Both the position numbers and the translations under genes were made by a program. Shown here piece by piece: positions 61,835 through 64,000 of a stretch of 64,000 nucleotides of DNA. The DNA comes from a virus (Duplodnaviria > Caudoviricetes): positions 288,001-352,000 of the IMG/VR virus record IMGVR_UViG_3300017700_000931. One strand, given 5' to 3'. A model generated the notes under the pieces. The model did no database searches and was not told the DNA's origin. It was given only the letters and a program-made list of their open reading frames with translations. Position 1 is the stretch's first letter, and every line of letters begins with the position of its first letter.

Positions 61835-62286
61835 TTTGTTTGAGTTAAAATTTCTAAAGCTTCTTCTAGTGTTTTTGGACCTTTTTTAATTATGGCCAGT
61901 GTCTTTTCTAGAATATAATAAGCACTTTTTAATCCGGCTCTATCATCTAAAAAATGACTATAAAATATTTTACCTTCTTTTTTCCCATTAACCCAAACGA
62001 TGCCCTCATTAATAGTATCCCAAGGAATCTCACGCTCATCAAGATATTTTTTGATTTCATCATGTCTATCATCATTGGAGTGAGTATACACTATGAATTT
62101 TGCATATGGTCTGCATTCTTTGATTAAATTCACTACTAACTCAAACGAATAACCTTTCTTATGCCAATCAAAAACTGTGTTGTCATAATCATATGCTAGG
62201 ATAATACTTCCATGTCGCATATAATCAGTAAGCAATCGCTGTACTGCAAAATCTTCATCTAAAAATGGGTCAGTAACGCTTTTCAT
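61825..62286 (-). CDS. HAD-like protein
   Basis: LAYDYDNT; K.F..HFLDDRAG. Confidence 0.7.
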   Translation of the reverse strand: MKSVTDPFLDEDFAVQRLLTDYMRHGSIILAYDYDNTVFDWHKKGYSFELVVNLIKECRPYAKFIVYTHSNDDRHDEIKKYLDEREIPWDTINEGIVWVNGKKEGKIFYSHFLDDRAGLKSAYYILEKTLAIIKKGPKTLEEALEILTQTKWN

Positions 62287-63305
62287 TAACCAAGATGTTT
62301 TAATTCATCAACACTAGAATTGTTATTAATCGCTTTAATTGCTAATGCAATCTGACTAGCAGTACTAACTTGTGTTATGAAACTACTGGTTTCCACTTCA
62401 ACAGCCTCACCATGAGTATCTGGTATAAAAGAATGTTTAATTGGTAATGAATCTGAACACATAAACCCAGATAAATTAGATGCATGGATTCGGTCTAAAG
62501 CCAATCCACTCAAAACTCCGTGTGTTACAACAGCGGTAACATATTTGGCACCACATGTTAGTAATTCATCACATGCTTTAACTAAGGTACCACCTGTATC
62601 ACACATATCATCAACAATAACAACATGTTTGTTTTTCACATCACCAATTAAAACCATGGATTCGATTTTGTTGGCTTCTTTTCTGGTTTTATCAATCATT
62701 ACGATTGGCAAATCAATTGCGTACCTATCTTTAATCTGGTCTCTGAAGCGTTTAACTCTTTTAGCAGCTCCAGCATCCGGTGCACATAAAACAACATCGT
62801 GGCCACCATCCATATGCAAATTATAAATTTGCCAATCGAATAGGTATTTACCTTCCATGTGCGTTACTGGAATATTGAAAAAACCTTGAATTTGGTCTGC
62901 ATGTAAATCAAATGTAATTACTTGAGTTGCCCCACGAAATTCTAGCATTTCAGCCATGACTTTAGCTCCGATTGGGCCACGAGTCTGGTCTTTCTTATCT
63001 TGTCTAGCGTATGGGAAATATGGAATGATTGGGATGATTTCTTTTGCCGCAGCTCTCTTTGCTGCATCAATTGCGAAATTCAATTGCATTATTTTATTTG
63101 AATTATTCGGGGAGCACAGTAAATAAACTCGTTTACCTCTTACACTATCCAAAAAATCATAACAAACTTCACCATCAGAAAATTCTTGTACATGGCCCCT
63201 ACCAATCTTAGTTTGTTGATTATCTTTTTCTGTAGTTAAAAGCTGCTTAGCAACCTTATCCAAAAGGTCTTCACGACCATCCACCGAAAATATTATTGAA
63301 TCCAT
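62286..63305 (-). CDS. prs: Ribose-phosphate pyrophosphokinase
   Basis: FSDGE; PYFPYARQDKK; DLHADQIQGFF; PDAGA; VIVDDMCDTGGT. Confidence 0.95.
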   Translation of the reverse strand: MDSIIFSVDGREDLLDKVAKQLLTTEKDNQQTKIGRGHVQEFSDGEVCYDFLDSVRGKRVYLLCSPNNSNKIMQLNFAIDAAKRAAAKEIIPIIPYFPYARQDKKDQTRGPIGAKVMAEMLEFRGATQVITFDLHADQIQGFFNIPVTHMEGKYLFDWQIYNLHMDGGHDVVLCAPDAGAAKRVKRFRDQIKDRYAIDLPIVMIDKTRKEANKIESMVLIGDVKNKHVVIVDDMCDTGGTLVKACDELLTCGAKYVTAVVTHGVLSGLALDRIHASNLSGFMCSDSLPIKHSFIPDTHGEAVEVETSSFITQVSTASQIALAIKAINNNSSVDELKHLG

Positions 63306-63321
63306 AATGTATTATTTATGG

Positions 63322-63353
63322 CAAAGATAGGAATTAATTATGAACTTTCCAAA
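63322..63353 (-). promoter_or_regulatory. Bacteroidota-type promoter for prs
   Basis: TTTG-N20-TATCTTTG on minus strand. Confidence 0.75.
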
Positions 63354-63361
63354 TAATTGAT

Positions 63362-63883
63362 TTAATTTACCATGAAATCTTGGTATAAATCAATAAAATA
63401 ATTTCCTACAAAATAAGCTGATTCTGAACTCATAAAGTAAAAAGTTGAACTAGATGTTGAGCCTCTAAAATGCCAATGCTTAACTACGGATTCGAACTCA
63501 ATGATTTTATCCGGTGAACTTAAATCAAAAAATGGGGCATATCTAGGCTCCGAAATGATGGTCCAGTTAGGTTCAAGCCCACCATTAATAGCTTTTATTA
63601 TAATGTTTAATTTATGAGCAGCAACAGTGAATTTGTTGTCTACTGGGGGATTTGGTTCGATACCTAATTTAAAACAAGCATCCTCATAGGATAGGATACC
63701 TATTCTTTTACCATAAGCAATCAAAAATGCTTTTCTAATTTTATAAATCTCATCTTGTGACTCAATCCCTAAAACACTTAGCATTTCATCTTCATTACCT
63801 AGTGGTATTAAATTGAATTTTTTTTCAATTATATCAACCCAAGCTTCAATTGTTTTGGGTATATTATAATTATTTTTCATCAC
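63362..63883 (-). CDS. Hypothetical protein, paralog of 11381-11905
   Basis: See 11381-11905. Confidence 0.75.
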   Translation of the reverse strand: MMKNNYNIPKTIEAWVDIIEKKFNLIPLGNEDEMLSVLGIESQDEIYKIRKAFLIAYGKRIGILSYEDACFKLGIEPNPPVDNKFTVAAHKLNIIIKAINGGLEPNWTIISEPRYAPFFDLSSPDKIIEFESVVKHWHFRGSTSSSTFYFMSSESAYFVGNYFIDLYQDFMVN

Positions 63884-63886
63884 ATA

Positions 63887-64000
63887 TCAACCAATCTTAA
63901 CCCAATTGATATCATGGTGTTTAGTCTTGTAATGTCCTGTTTTAAATTCACCTGTGGCCAACATAATTTGTAGTGCCCTAGGTAACTCAGAATGAAGTTT
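63887..64000 (-). CDS. 3' end of a hypothetical gene entering from outside the window
   Basis: KLHSELPRALQIMLATGEFKTGHYKTKHHDINWVKIG*. Confidence 0.55.
   Translation of the reverse strand, partial: KLHSELPRALQIMLATGEFKTGHYKTKHHDINWVKIG

Noticed and set aside
1-64000. CRISPR array, integrase/transposase, self-splicing intron, reverse transcriptase
   Set aside because: No regularly spaced repeats; the dispersed repeats are promoters. No such enzyme motifs were seen, and recognisable genes (rnr, prs, rpoD, infC) are uninterrupted.
1-64000. Stop-codon reassignment
   Set aside because: Known proteins are full length in code 11, TAA/TAG/TGA all end genes, ORFs abut tightly, and there is no suppressor tRNA.

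Overview
This is a 64-kb accessory/host-takeover segment of a large, AT-rich, gene-dense dsDNA phage (jumbo-type). The host is inferred to be Bacteroidota: there are more than a dozen TTTG-N20-TAnnTTTG promoters, a Bacteroidota-type RpoD and several lipobox proteins. No virion, replication or integrase genes were seen. Layout: minus strand 1-3.8 kb, plus strand 3.8-32.3 kb, minus strand 32.3-64 kb, with a convergent terminator near 32.27 kb. Recognisable genes are mostly RNA/translation-related: HNH-RNA ligase fusion, SmpB, RNase R, IF3, RlmN-like radical SAM, Thg1, tRNA-binding OB protein and an RNA-repair-type HAD. Also present are two sigma factors, PRPP synthetase, a SufC-like ATPase with a SufBD-tail partner, ParB-like, GNAT, NUDIX, two AAA ATPases, two metallophosphoesterases, HNH nucleases and about 80 hypothetical proteins. 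Only one canonical tRNA (anticodon CAT) was found. The most striking unexplained signal is non-coding. A contiguous ~965-nt structured-RNA operon (1824-2787, minus) has three tRNA-shaped modules with rebuilt anticodon arms punctuating a ~480-nt multi-domain RNA and a 125-nt hairpin domain. A separate 58-nt tRNA-like gene (23813-23870) lacks the anticodon arm entirely. All folds and family assignments were made by eye, with no database search.
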